From a virus, in the IMG/VR virus record IMGVR_UViG_3300017728_000040, positions 1 to 36,938 of that record: 36,938 nucleotides of DNA; one strand, given 5' to 3'. A model generated the notes under the pieces. It was not told the DNA's origin, did not search any database, and saw only the letters and a program-made list of their open reading frames with translations. The position numbers and the translations under genes are program-made. Position 1 is the first letter of the stretch. Each line of letters begins with the position of its first letter. Below, piece after piece: positions 7,319-15,037 of this stretch.

Positions 7319-7361
7319 CAGCATGTGGAAAAGGGAGAACACCACACGCTGCTTTTCTTTT
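7319..7361. terminator. Bidirectional intrinsic terminator between convergent genes
   Basis: Stem cagcatgtgg (7319..7328) pairs with ccacacgctg (7342..7351) at 9 of 10 positions. It is followed by cttttctttt and preceded by an A8 run that gives a T-run on the other strand. Confidence 0.7.
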
Positions 7362-7415
7362 ACTTGAAACCCAATTATCAGCAAGGCACACTAACAAAAG
7401 GATCTTCAATATTTA

Positions 7416-7862
7416 TCATATTAAAACTGTGTACACAATGACATTGTTTGAATGTAGATAATCAGAACCCCTTTTATCATATGCACTGTTAATTGGGTAA
7501 TGCACATCCAACAGACCTGCATGGTGTATCAATCGAGCACATACTAAACAAGGGGCCGTTGTAATATAGATTGAACAATTCAATACACTGATGCCTTTTC
7601 TCAATGCATTCATAAGTGCATTTGCTTCTGCATGATGACAACCAAGTTCAATATGTGTTCCTGATTTAATCTTGTTCTTTGTTCTTTCACATTCATCCAC
7701 ATTACATAGTTTACCTGGTGCACCTCGTGGAGGTCCATTGAAACCCATTGCAACAGGATTGTTTGATTGATCTACAATCACAGCACCAACTTTACCCCTT
7801 GGGCATGGTGATTGATCAGAAATCAATAGAGCATGTTGAATCCAATGCTTTGACCAGTTCAT
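7416..7862 (-). CDS. dCMP deaminase (CDA-fold zinc deaminase)
   Basis: 148 aa with the HAEANAL and PCLVCARLI zinc-ligand motifs. ATGA overlap with the upstream thyX-like gene. Confidence 0.85.
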   Translation of the reverse strand: MNWSKHWIQHALLISDQSPCPRGKVGAVIVDQSNNPVAMGFNGPPRGAPGKLCNVDECERTKNKIKSGTHIELGCHHAEANALMNALRKGISVLNCSIYITTAPCLVCARLIHHAGLLDVHYPINSAYDKRGSDYLHSNNVIVYTVLI

Positions 7863-8506
7863 GAATTGAATCCACAGATCTTCATAAGTCTCTTCATATC
7901 TTCATCCTCATTCAACAGATTAACAATAGTCCATGCATATTCAGCAATTTCTTTTTGTGCATGTGGATCTGTTCTTTGTTTTAAGAAATGAATCAACGCT
8001 TGAAATGAACAAGTCCAATAGCATTCAGACATTAAGGAAGTGGGTAAGATCATTCTTGCTTGTTCTTTACATAGTCCAATTGTCAACAGGTGTTTATATG
8101 TATCAAACAAGCTATCAATTGTATTCTGATAAATAGTGGAACAATCAGATTGTGTTTCATCATCCAACTCTTGACCGCTTCCTTGCTTCACTGACTTGTC
8201 TGGTTTAGATCTCCACTTTTGAGGATGATAAAATGAATGCTCGAACTCAACATACCTGCCACTAATTTCATTCCAACTGCAACCAACTTGATGTTTCATC
8301 CACTGTCTTAAGATGAATATGGGTGCTCTAATATGGAAAGTGAAATGTATATGTCGAAAGGGTGAAGTGTGTTTATGGGTCCACAGATATTGAATCAACT
8401 TCCAATCTTTATCATTCATTGATTCAATCTGTTTACCAAAACTTATTCTTGCAGCATTCACAATATCAAGTGTGCTACCTGACTGTTTTACAAGCTTGAC
8501 ATTCAT
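7859..8506 (-). CDS. thyX: Flavin-dependent thymidylate synthase ThyX-like protein with a non-canonical signature motif
   Basis: 215 aa. ThyX blocks present: SPFRHIHFTFHIRAPIF, NEISGRY, ARMILP and RTDPHAQKEI. The RHR-X7-S motif reads KHQ-X8-S. Confidence 0.75.
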   Translation of the reverse strand: MNVKLVKQSGSTLDIVNAARISFGKQIESMNDKDWKLIQYLWTHKHTSPFRHIHFTFHIRAPIFILRQWMKHQVGCSWNEISGRYVEFEHSFYHPQKWRSKPDKSVKQGSGQELDDETQSDCSTIYQNTIDSLFDTYKHLLTIGLCKEQARMILPTSLMSECYWTCSFQALIHFLKQRTDPHAQKEIAEYAWTIVNLLNEDEDMKRLMKICGFNS

Positions 8507-8784
8507 GGACTCTTTAAACTCACTTGCACTTGATGATCTTGCATTGTCTCAACTTTAGCAACACGTTCACGCATCTTATTAAATTCAGTCCATATTTCAA
8601 TACGGCCTTCTCTACATGTCTTATGTTGGGCTTCAAGATTCAATTGTATTTGCGTCAATGCTTCTTGAAGTCTTTCAATTTGTTCCATGGTTTTACCCAA
8701 GGTTCGAGCTGCATAAAAGATCAAAGATCCAACGGTTCCAAGTAGTCCAACAATATGCCAAATAGAATCAAAGTTAATGTTCAT
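8503..8784 (-). CDS. Small membrane-anchored coiled-coil protein
   Basis: 93 aa. N-terminal span HIVGLLGTVGSLIFYAA, then a heptad-rich region. It is the first gene of the leftward unit. Confidence 0.6.
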   Translation of the reverse strand: MNINFDSIWHIVGLLGTVGSLIFYAARTLGKTMEQIERLQEALTQIQLNLEAQHKTCREGRIEIWTEFNKMRERVAKVETMQDHQVQVSLKSP

Positions 8785-8818
8785 TTCATACCTCGTTTTA
8801 ATACAGATGAATCTTCAT

Positions 8819-8846
8819 ATAATACTTGATGTTTGCTTGACTTCAA
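8819..8846 (-). promoter_or_regulatory. Predicted leftward promoter (-35 TTGAAG, 16-nt spacer, -10 TATTAT)
   Basis: The reverse complement of 8841..8846 is TTGAAG and that of 8819..8824 is TATTAT. Confidence 0.4.
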
Positions 8847-8864
8847 TTTCTTTTATAGTAGTAT
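8837..8864 (+). promoter_or_regulatory. Predicted rightward promoter (-35 TTGACT, 16-nt spacer, -10 TAGTAT)
   Basis: TTGACT at 8837..8842 and TAGTAT at 8859..8864. The two -35 boxes overlap back to back. Confidence 0.4.
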
Positions 8865-8895
8865 ACATATATACATATATAGATAGGAAGGTGAT

Positions 8896-9060
8896 ATGTA
8901 TATGAAATCCATAATGTTGAACGTACCCTTGATCATGTCAGACGCACTTGATGAAATTGCAAAACGTGAGAATAAACCACGGTCTTATGTAATGCGTGAA
9001 ATGCTTGACCAGGGAATTAAAGAAAGACAAAAGAAAGGCAAGGCACATGAGTCTAAATAA
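8896..9060 (+). CDS. Ribbon-helix-helix (CopG/Arc-like) DNA-binding protein; below the ORF-track size cut-off
   Basis: My translation is MYMKSIMLNVPLIMSDALDEIAKRENKPRSYVMREMLDQGIKERQKKGKAHESK. It shows the beta-strand then two-helix RHH pattern. SD is GGAAGGTG. Confidence 0.65.
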   Translation: MYMKSIMLNVPLIMSDALDEIAKRENKPRSYVMREMLDQGIKERQKKGKAHESK

Positions 9061-9376
9061 AATCCACATCATTGGGCGTGTTGGTAAGGATCCTGAAAGC
9101 ATCAACACAAAGTCTGGTGATGTAATGACAAAGTTCAGTGTGGCAGTATCAGATAAGTACAATGGTGAAGAGCGGACCCAATGGTTCAACTGCAAAGCAT
9201 TCAAGTATTCTGCAACTTACATCTTGAACAATGTGCAAAAAGGCACACAGGTCTATATCGAAGGATCAATGCAATCTAACAAATATGAAGATAAAACATA
9301 TTGGGATTTGATCACCAACAAGGTCTTAGTCTTGGATGGTAGAAAGGCACAAGATGATAGCGGTAAAGGATATTGA
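9047..9376 (+). CDS. ssb: Single-stranded DNA-binding protein (OB fold only, no acidic C-terminal tip)
   Basis: Start set at ATG 9047. MSLNKIHIIGRVGKDPE...TQWFNCKAF...VYIEGSMQSNKYEDK is a typical SSB OB core. It ends in QDDSGKGY. Confidence 0.8.
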   Translation: MSLNKIHIIGRVGKDPESINTKSGDVMTKFSVAVSDKYNGEERTQWFNCKAFKYSATYILNNVQKGTQVYIEGSMQSNKYEDKTYWDLITNKVLVLDGRKAQDDSGKGY

Positions 9377-9377
9377 T

Positions 9378-9584
9378 ATGGAAAGAATCACTGACTTAGA
9401 ACTACAAATCAAGTCCATTGATCTTGCTCTTGAAGTATCAAAGACATTGATGCGTGATAATCAAACAGCTTATGAAGCGACTCAAAAAGTAGCTATTCGT
9501 GAGATACACAGAATACAATCTGAAATTGATGCAATCGTTGAAGCTGATCCAACTATTGATGATGAAGGTGAATCAGATGGATAA
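9378..9584 (+). CDS. Small coiled-coil protein
   Basis: Start set at ATG 9378, directly after the ssb stop. 68 aa with an acidic C-terminus. Confidence 0.5.
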   Translation: MERITDLELQIKSIDLALEVSKTLMRDNQTAYEATQKVAIREIHRIQSEIDAIVEADPTIDDEGESDG

Positions 9585-10047
9585 GAATGACCTCGAACAA
9601 TTAGCAGCTCGTGAATCAACTGTTATTAATAAAGATAAGAGTAAACTATCACGCGCGTGTAAGTACACTGAAATCAGAGCACACAATCTTTGCACTCATA
9701 TCTCAAAGGGCAATACATTCAGAGCGTCTGCAAAAGCAGAAGGCATAAGTGAAGCGACCTTTCACAGATGGAGAAAAGAACATCCTGACTTTGGTGAAAT
9801 GGTTGAACAGGCACTTGGTGTCAGTGAAGCAAGACTAGTGAACAAGATTGCAGAAACAGAAGATTGGCGGGCGGCTGCTTGGATACTCGAACGGCGGTTC
9901 CCAGATTCATGGACTAAGAGAGAACAGATTGACATGAACGTTTCACGGTCAGAAGGTCTTGATGAAATCAAAGCAATGATCAAACAGACTGATCATCTAT
10001 TAAATGTACAAAGGAAAGAAGGCAGCAATGAAGAAGATAATAAATAG
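9577..10047 (+). CDS. Terminase small subunit-like HTH protein
   Basis: Start at ATG 9577 (ATGGATAA overlap, SD GAAGGTG). EGISEATFHRWRKEHPDFGEMVEQA ... AAAWILERRFPDSW resembles TerS-type proteins. Confidence 0.55.
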   Translation: MDKNDLEQLAARESTVINKDKSKLSRACKYTEIRAHNLCTHISKGNTFRASAKAEGISEATFHRWRKEHPDFGEMVEQALGVSEARLVNKIAETEDWRAAAWILERRFPDSWTKREQIDMNVSRSEGLDEIKAMIKQTDHLLNVQRKEGSNEEDNK

Positions 10048-10174
10048 TCTAGTATCATGGATCTGCCTTGTATTATTTCACAAGTAGTCAAAGGCTATTG
10101 TTCATCATGGACAACCTTGTACTCATCGTTTAGATTTCTTAAAAAAGCTGATTGATCAAGTCAATGATACTGAG

Positions 10175-10420
10175 TTGAATAAAGCATTGGATCATGAATT
10201 TGAATTGCTTCAAGATCAGATCAGTATGAACGTTCTGACATTTATTGATGGCATTGTACACACATTGCTTGAAGAGTATGAACCATGTGATGAACGCACT
10301 AAACATTTAAAGGCATTGTTTGAAGGGTATCAATCTTATTATTCGTTTCCAAATAGAGAGATTGCACTAGATGACTTTGAAGAAGGACATGGAATAATTA
10401 AGGAGCTGCACGATGGTTGA
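10175..10420 (+). CDS. Small acidic hypothetical protein (start uncertain; TTG in the track)
   Basis: The frame is open back to TAG 10085..10087. There is no ATG with an SD until 10226. Confidence 0.45.
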   Translation: MNKALDHEFELLQDQISMNVLTFIDGIVHTLLEEYEPCDERTKHLKALFEGYQSYYSFPNREIALDDFEEGHGIIKELHDG

Positions 10421-11030
10421 AAGAAAGCAGGTGTTGAAAAGTAAGGTGTTTGATTATTGGATGAATACAGACAAAGGACAAAAGAGAGTAATTTCAATCA
10501 TCCAAAAAACTGGTGTATCCCCTTCTTTCATTTGTGCAGATCAGGACTTTCCTGAATGCTTTGCATGTGCATCACCAATGCAGTCTTTCTCTACTCGTAA
10601 AGATGGAATGAAGTATTGGCGTGACTTATGGAATAAAACAAAACTAGAGGTTGCCCATATCATTCCACATTCAAGAGGGGGTGAATCAATACCATCTAAC
10701 TTAGTTCTTTTATGTAGAGATTGTCATAGAGACAACCCTGACAGTTTAAATGAAACGTTCTTCTGGAGGTGGTTATGCAATAGACCTAGTTGGACAACTA
10801 GAAGACTTCAAGCATTGCAAGAGGTTCCTTTAAGTAAAGATCAAATGAACAACTTGATGCAGGCACTTGGTTCAATTGAAGGCATTGAAGAACGACTTAA
10901 AGAAATAGGTAATCTGGTTGAAGAATCATGGACTGCTGTTGATCCTGTTTTAGTTCAAGGTAAATATTCAGCGGGGTCAATAGCTGAAATGATTCACTAC
11001 ATGGCAGACAACTTAATTAAACAAACTTAA
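10413..11030 (+). CDS. HNH endonuclease
   Basis: HIIPHSRGGESIPSNLVLLCRDCHRDN is an H-N-H motif with a CxxC. ATGGTTGA overlap with the previous ORF. Confidence 0.8.
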   Translation: MVERKQVLKSKVFDYWMNTDKGQKRVISIIQKTGVSPSFICADQDFPECFACASPMQSFSTRKDGMKYWRDLWNKTKLEVAHIIPHSRGGESIPSNLVLLCRDCHRDNPDSLNETFFWRWLCNRPSWTTRRLQALQEVPLSKDQMNNLMQALGSIEGIEERLKEIGNLVEESWTAVDPVLVQGKYSAGSIAEMIHYMADNLIKQT

Positions 11031-11049
11031 TTCATGCAAAGGAGAACAC

Positions 11050-11775
11050 ATGAATACAGAACAAACATCAATCAACTTATATGACAATACATACATTGAC
11101 AACGTTGGGTTGCCTGCATATCCATGGCGAGTGTCAGCAGGACACAAGTTTGAAGCAATGGGTTCAATGGCTTTCTTTCAATCACAGATGAACAATCACC
11201 ACATTGTTCGACAATGCTACAAAGATCAATACATGAGTGTTTCAATGATCCATGGTGAAAGTCATCTGTATGACCTATCCTACAAAATCAATTATAGTGT
11301 TGATACTGGTTCTGATCTTATTAAGAAAACTAAAACACAGATGTTGGTCGAGTTTAAATTATTGACCAATGAATCTTTTAAGAAAAGAGGTCTGGTTGAT
11401 GGCCTTAAGAACATCTTTAGATATAATGATAAATCTAAACGTGCACTTGACTTCTTGCAAAGACATTCAAAAAGCACTGTTGAAAAGTTGAACTTGCTGG
11501 TCATTGGTTGCACCTCCTTTAATTCACAAGAAGTGGTTCAATGTTCAACTGCAAAAGTCTTTGGTCCAATCTGGTGCATTGCATATATGCCAACAGCTGA
11601 ATCAAGAAAAGATCATCCATCAGTGAAGAAGGCCATGGTGATGTTTGATGACTTTGACCAATATGCCCAATGCATCCACAACGCTACAACACCTCATCAT
11701 CTGTTTGACATGATTGAGCACAAGTCAGACTTAAATGACACGCTTGATTTTATGGAGACTTTCAAACTGCCATGA
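11050..11775 (+). CDS. Hypothetical protein
   Basis: 241 aa with a strong SD (AAAGGAGAACAC). No motif recognised. It sits between the HNH and TerL genes. Confidence 0.6.
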   Translation: MNTEQTSINLYDNTYIDNVGLPAYPWRVSAGHKFEAMGSMAFFQSQMNNHHIVRQCYKDQYMSVSMIHGESHLYDLSYKINYSVDTGSDLIKKTKTQMLVEFKLLTNESFKKRGLVDGLKNIFRYNDKSKRALDFLQRHSKSTVEKLNLLVIGCTSFNSQEVVQCSTAKVFGPIWCIAYMPTAESRKDHPSVKKAMVMFDDFDQYAQCIHNATTPHHLFDMIEHKSDLNDTLDFMETFKLP

Positions 11776-13142
11776 ACTTAAACTTAAATGAACTACAACA
11801 AAACATTGTTGCTCGAATCAGAAGACAAGACAAAGTGATAAGCGCGCGGTGTGGATGGGGATCAGGTAAGACGAGTGGACTAGTGTTTGCTTTGTGGTTC
11901 ATTAGTCGTATACGACCAGGTACATCCTCTCTTTTAGTCACTGACACATCACCTCGATATAGATCTGTACTTGGTCCTGAAATCGAAAAATGGTTAGGTC
12001 CAATAGGTTGGACTTTCAATGCACTTGAATCAAAATGGTCTGATCCAATCACGGGTTCATCCATATGGTGTAGGTCATACTTTAGACCAGGTACAAGAGA
12101 AGCCACGCACAATCCACTTGAAGGTCTAAACATCACAAGTGGTGTTGCCTTGATTGATGAATGTCAAACATTCAAAGATGATGAGGTTGCTCAAAAGGCA
12201 CTAGGACGTTTAAGAAGTGGACCTACTCCCATTATGATCTTAGTGGGTTTGCCTGTTGCTGATGCGTGGTGGTGTTCACTTGCAGAAAAAGCAGGATACG
12301 AACCTTTGCTTTTCACTTCCTATGTAAATCAAAACAACCTAAGTGATGAATGGTTTGAAGCAACTAAATTGCTTCCTGAAGAAGAACGCCTTGCCATGGT
12401 GATGAATGAACCAAGGCCACCAAGTGGATTGATTTATTCTGAATGGACTGCAAAGCATGTGATCAATGACTTCAAGTACAAGCCAACAATGACAGGCCGT
12501 ATTTCTGTGGACTGGGGATTCAGAAAACCATCTGTATTGATCATGGTGTATGATGAGGAAAGACAAGCAACAATCATTGTGCATGAAATCAATCCACAGG
12601 AATGTACAATTGATGAACTCGCAAGGATGATCTTATTGATAGCGTGGCCACGTTCATTGATGAATCAAGCACCTGGTCCTAGAATCTGGTTAGATTCAGG
12701 TGTGGCAGATAAAGCGGGTGCAGCTCGAAATGATCAGACAGGACGTTCTGCATTTAGAGCAATGAAGAAATTACCACATGAAGGTGGAATAGGTGTGCCC
12801 TTAAAGTTCACCACAGATCCTGTTATGACCAATGTGTTAAACGGCATCCAAAAAGTTAAACGTGCATTTGCTCAAAAGAAATATCTTTGTACAAGTGAAG
12901 TGTGGATGCGTGGTGAAAGGGCAATTGGCAATTCATTCAGAAAGGCTATACTGTCTTATGGGTGGAGTCCAACAAAAGACGAACCAAAAAAAGACGGGCG
13001 TGAAGATCCACTTGACGCATTAAGATATGATTGTCTGTTTCATTACTGGTCAGAAATGAGTATGCCAACAATCACATCACGTCAATCCAAGGGCCGTGGT
13101 AATACTCGAATCAGAAGAGAAAGAAAGTTTAGAGGATTCTGA
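11772..13142 (+). CDS. terL: Terminase large subunit
   Basis: 456 aa. Walker A-like CGWGSGKTSG and Walker B-like VALIDECQ. The C-terminal half has nuclease-like acidic residues (SVDWGF ... DALRYD). Confidence 0.8.
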   Translation: MNLNLNELQQNIVARIRRQDKVISARCGWGSGKTSGLVFALWFISRIRPGTSSLLVTDTSPRYRSVLGPEIEKWLGPIGWTFNALESKWSDPITGSSIWCRSYFRPGTREATHNPLEGLNITSGVALIDECQTFKDDEVAQKALGRLRSGPTPIMILVGLPVADAWWCSLAEKAGYEPLLFTSYVNQNNLSDEWFEATKLLPEEERLAMVMNEPRPPSGLIYSEWTAKHVINDFKYKPTMTGRISVDWGFRKPSVLIMVYDEERQATIIVHEINPQECTIDELARMILLIAWPRSLMNQAPGPRIWLDSGVADKAGAARNDQTGRSAFRAMKKLPHEGGIGVPLKFTTDPVMTNVLNGIQKVKRAFAQKKYLCTSEVWMRGERAIGNSFRKAILSYGWSPTKDEPKKDGREDPLDALRYDCLFHYWSEMSMPTITSRQSKGRGNTRIRRERKFRGF

Positions 13143-13444
13143 TGATTAATAGAGAAACCATTGTTGAAAGAACAAGGCAGCTAAGAAAGAAGAACTTTAC
13201 ATTCAAGGAGATTGTGAACGTATGTGAGAGAGAAGGACTTTTAGTCAAGACCACGCATTCAAAAAGAACAATTAGAGGTTGGTTTCTCAAGGCATATCCA
13301 AGTGAAAAAAGAAACAACACAGAAATTGAAAAGGTAAATCCAAAGCACAAGGACCTTGTTCAAGAGGTCTACATTAAACACTTGACTGATATGGGATACA
13401 CACCGCTTGAGGTCAAAGCAGAACTGAAGCGTCTGATTAAGTAG
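13142..13444 (+). CDS. Small basic HTH-like protein
   Basis: 100 aa with a TGATG overlap with terL. KNFTFKEIVNVCEREGLLVKTTHSKRTIRGW looks like an HTH. Confidence 0.5.
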   Translation: MINRETIVERTRQLRKKNFTFKEIVNVCEREGLLVKTTHSKRTIRGWFLKAYPSEKRNNTEIEKVNPKHKDLVQEVYIKHLTDMGYTPLEVKAELKRLIK

Positions 13445-13542
13445 GCGTCAAACAAAAGAAAAGAATCACTAGGTTGGTCTACTCTCTTTAAATAAATAGT
13501 TATATATAGTTAAAGAAATAAAAAATAATCTTGGTTTGACGC
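13445..13542. repeat. Inverted repeat GCGTCAAAC / GTTTGACGC flanking an 80-nt AT-rich spacer
   Basis: Arms at 13445..13453 and 13534..13542 are perfect 9-mers, extendable to 11 of 12. They lie in the only large gap of the structural operon. Confidence 0.7.
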
Positions 13543-13633
13543 TTAAACACTCTATATCAAAAATTTAAATCATTGACAAGGTGAACTATATTTCACACAA
13601 TATAGAAAAACATCCATCCATGATTGTGCACAT

Positions 13634-15037
13634 ATGATTGATGATAAAAGAGATGAACCCCACATGAAGGCATTGTTGCCACGATTCAGAACCCGTGGTA
13701 TCACAGGCACGCAACTGTCTGGTGGTAAGATCCTAGGCAAAGAACGCAACCCAAAACTGACAGGTTTAAATTGGATTCGAGAAGCTGAGGAGATGCTTCA
13801 AACTGATCCTGTGGTCAGACGTTCATGGCACATGTTAAGACAGACACTCTTAAGTGCAACATGGCGTTTTGTACCTGGTGTTGAGAATGATCCTGTATCA
13901 GAAGAACTTGCACGATATTGTAATGAAGCATATGGATTTGATGGTTATTCTGGTCAAATGTCCTCATGCTTTGAGGATCAACTTACTTATCTATGGGAGT
14001 TCGTTACACTAGGTTACAGATATGCAGAAGAGATCTACAAGGTAGGACCAGATTCAGAAGGTAAGGTTCGAGTTTGGCTTGACTACTATGCAGACCGTGA
14101 ACCAAGTGCACACAACAGATGGTTGTCTCAAGATGGTCAACACTTGGATGGAGTTCTCCAAAATGTGGTTGGTGTTACATACACACCTGAACCTATCCCT
14201 GCCAACAAACTTCTTTTATTGACACTCAATAGAACAGGGTCAAACTTTGAAGGCGTTGGAATGTTACGGCCTGTTTGGTGGTGGTGGAGAACAAAGCAAC
14301 GTGTTTCCAACTTGATGTGTGTAGGTCTTGAACGTTGGGCAATTCCAACACCCAAGGTCAAAGTTGACCGTTCACAAGCTGAACAACAGGGTTTGACTGA
14401 TGCAGACCTATCAGTGATGATTGATGATGCAGCAGACCAAGCACAAGCATTCTTAGCAACTGAACAATCATACTTGGTTGAATCACCTGTCATTCAGTTT
14501 GATGCGTATGCAATGACACCAAATCTTTATTCACAAGGTCCATTAGACATCATCAAAGAATGTGACAATCAAATCAGTCAAGCATTCTTAGCCCAATTTG
14601 CAAACCTTGGTATTTCAGACACGGGTTCAAGGTCAGTTGGTGAAGTGCATCTTTCTATGTTTAGACGTGCTGCAATTAATCTGTGTGATATTGTTGCAAG
14701 TCAAATCAGTGGACCTGATAGGCGGGGTGGTGGAACTGTTGGGCGTTTGATTCGTTGGAACTATGGATATATTGATCCATCCAAATTACCACGCTTAACA
14801 CATACAGGTCTTGATACTGATGACTTAGCAGAATCACTTGGTGTTTTACCTGGTCTTGTTCAATCAGGATTGTTGACTCCTGATGATGACCTCGAACGTG
14901 CAATCCGTGAAAGACTTGGTGCAGGTGAGTTGCCAGAAATTGCTGAAAGATCACCACAAGAAAGATCAATTCAAAAAGGTAAGGGTGTAGCTGCACTTGC
15001 TGAAACCTTAATCAGAAGGAAAAAAACCAATGGTTAA
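13634..15037 (+). CDS. Portal protein (Mu gp29/DUF935-like by position and size)
   Basis: 467 aa, the first large ORF after terL. Start is uncertain (13634 or 13664) because both have a weak SD. Confidence 0.7.
   Translation: MIDDKRDEPHMKALLPRFRTRGITGTQLSGGKILGKERNPKLTGLNWIREAEEMLQTDPVVRRSWHMLRQTLLSATWRFVPGVENDPVSEELARYCNEAYGFDGYSGQMSSCFEDQLTYLWEFVTLGYRYAEEIYKVGPDSEGKVRVWLDYYADREPSAHNRWLSQDGQHLDGVLQNVVGVTYTPEPIPANKLLLLTLNRTGSNFEGVGMLRPVWWWWRTKQRVSNLMCVGLERWAIPTPKVKVDRSQAEQQGLTDADLSVMIDDAADQAQAFLATEQSYLVESPVIQFDAYAMTPNLYSQGPLDIIKECDNQISQAFLAQFANLGISDTGSRSVGEVHLSMFRRAAINLCDIVASQISGPDRRGGGTVGRLIRWNYGYIDPSKLPRLTHTGLDTDDLAESLGVLPGLVQSGLLTPDDDLERAIRERLGAGELPEIAERSPQERSIQKGKGVAALAETLIRRKKTNG

Noticed and set aside
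4773-9060. Temperate lifestyle inferred from the Cro-like HTH and RHH regulators
   Set aside because: The complete genome has no integrase, excisionase, partition system or long CI-type repressor that I can recognise. The regulators fit early/late control of a lytic cycle equally well, so the question is left open rather than claimed.
13445-13633. tRNA or other structured RNA gene in the AT-rich gap
   Set aside because: I could not fold a cloverleaf, there are no conserved T-loop or D-loop motifs, and the sequence is too AT-rich. It is kept only as a regulatory or packaging-site candidate.
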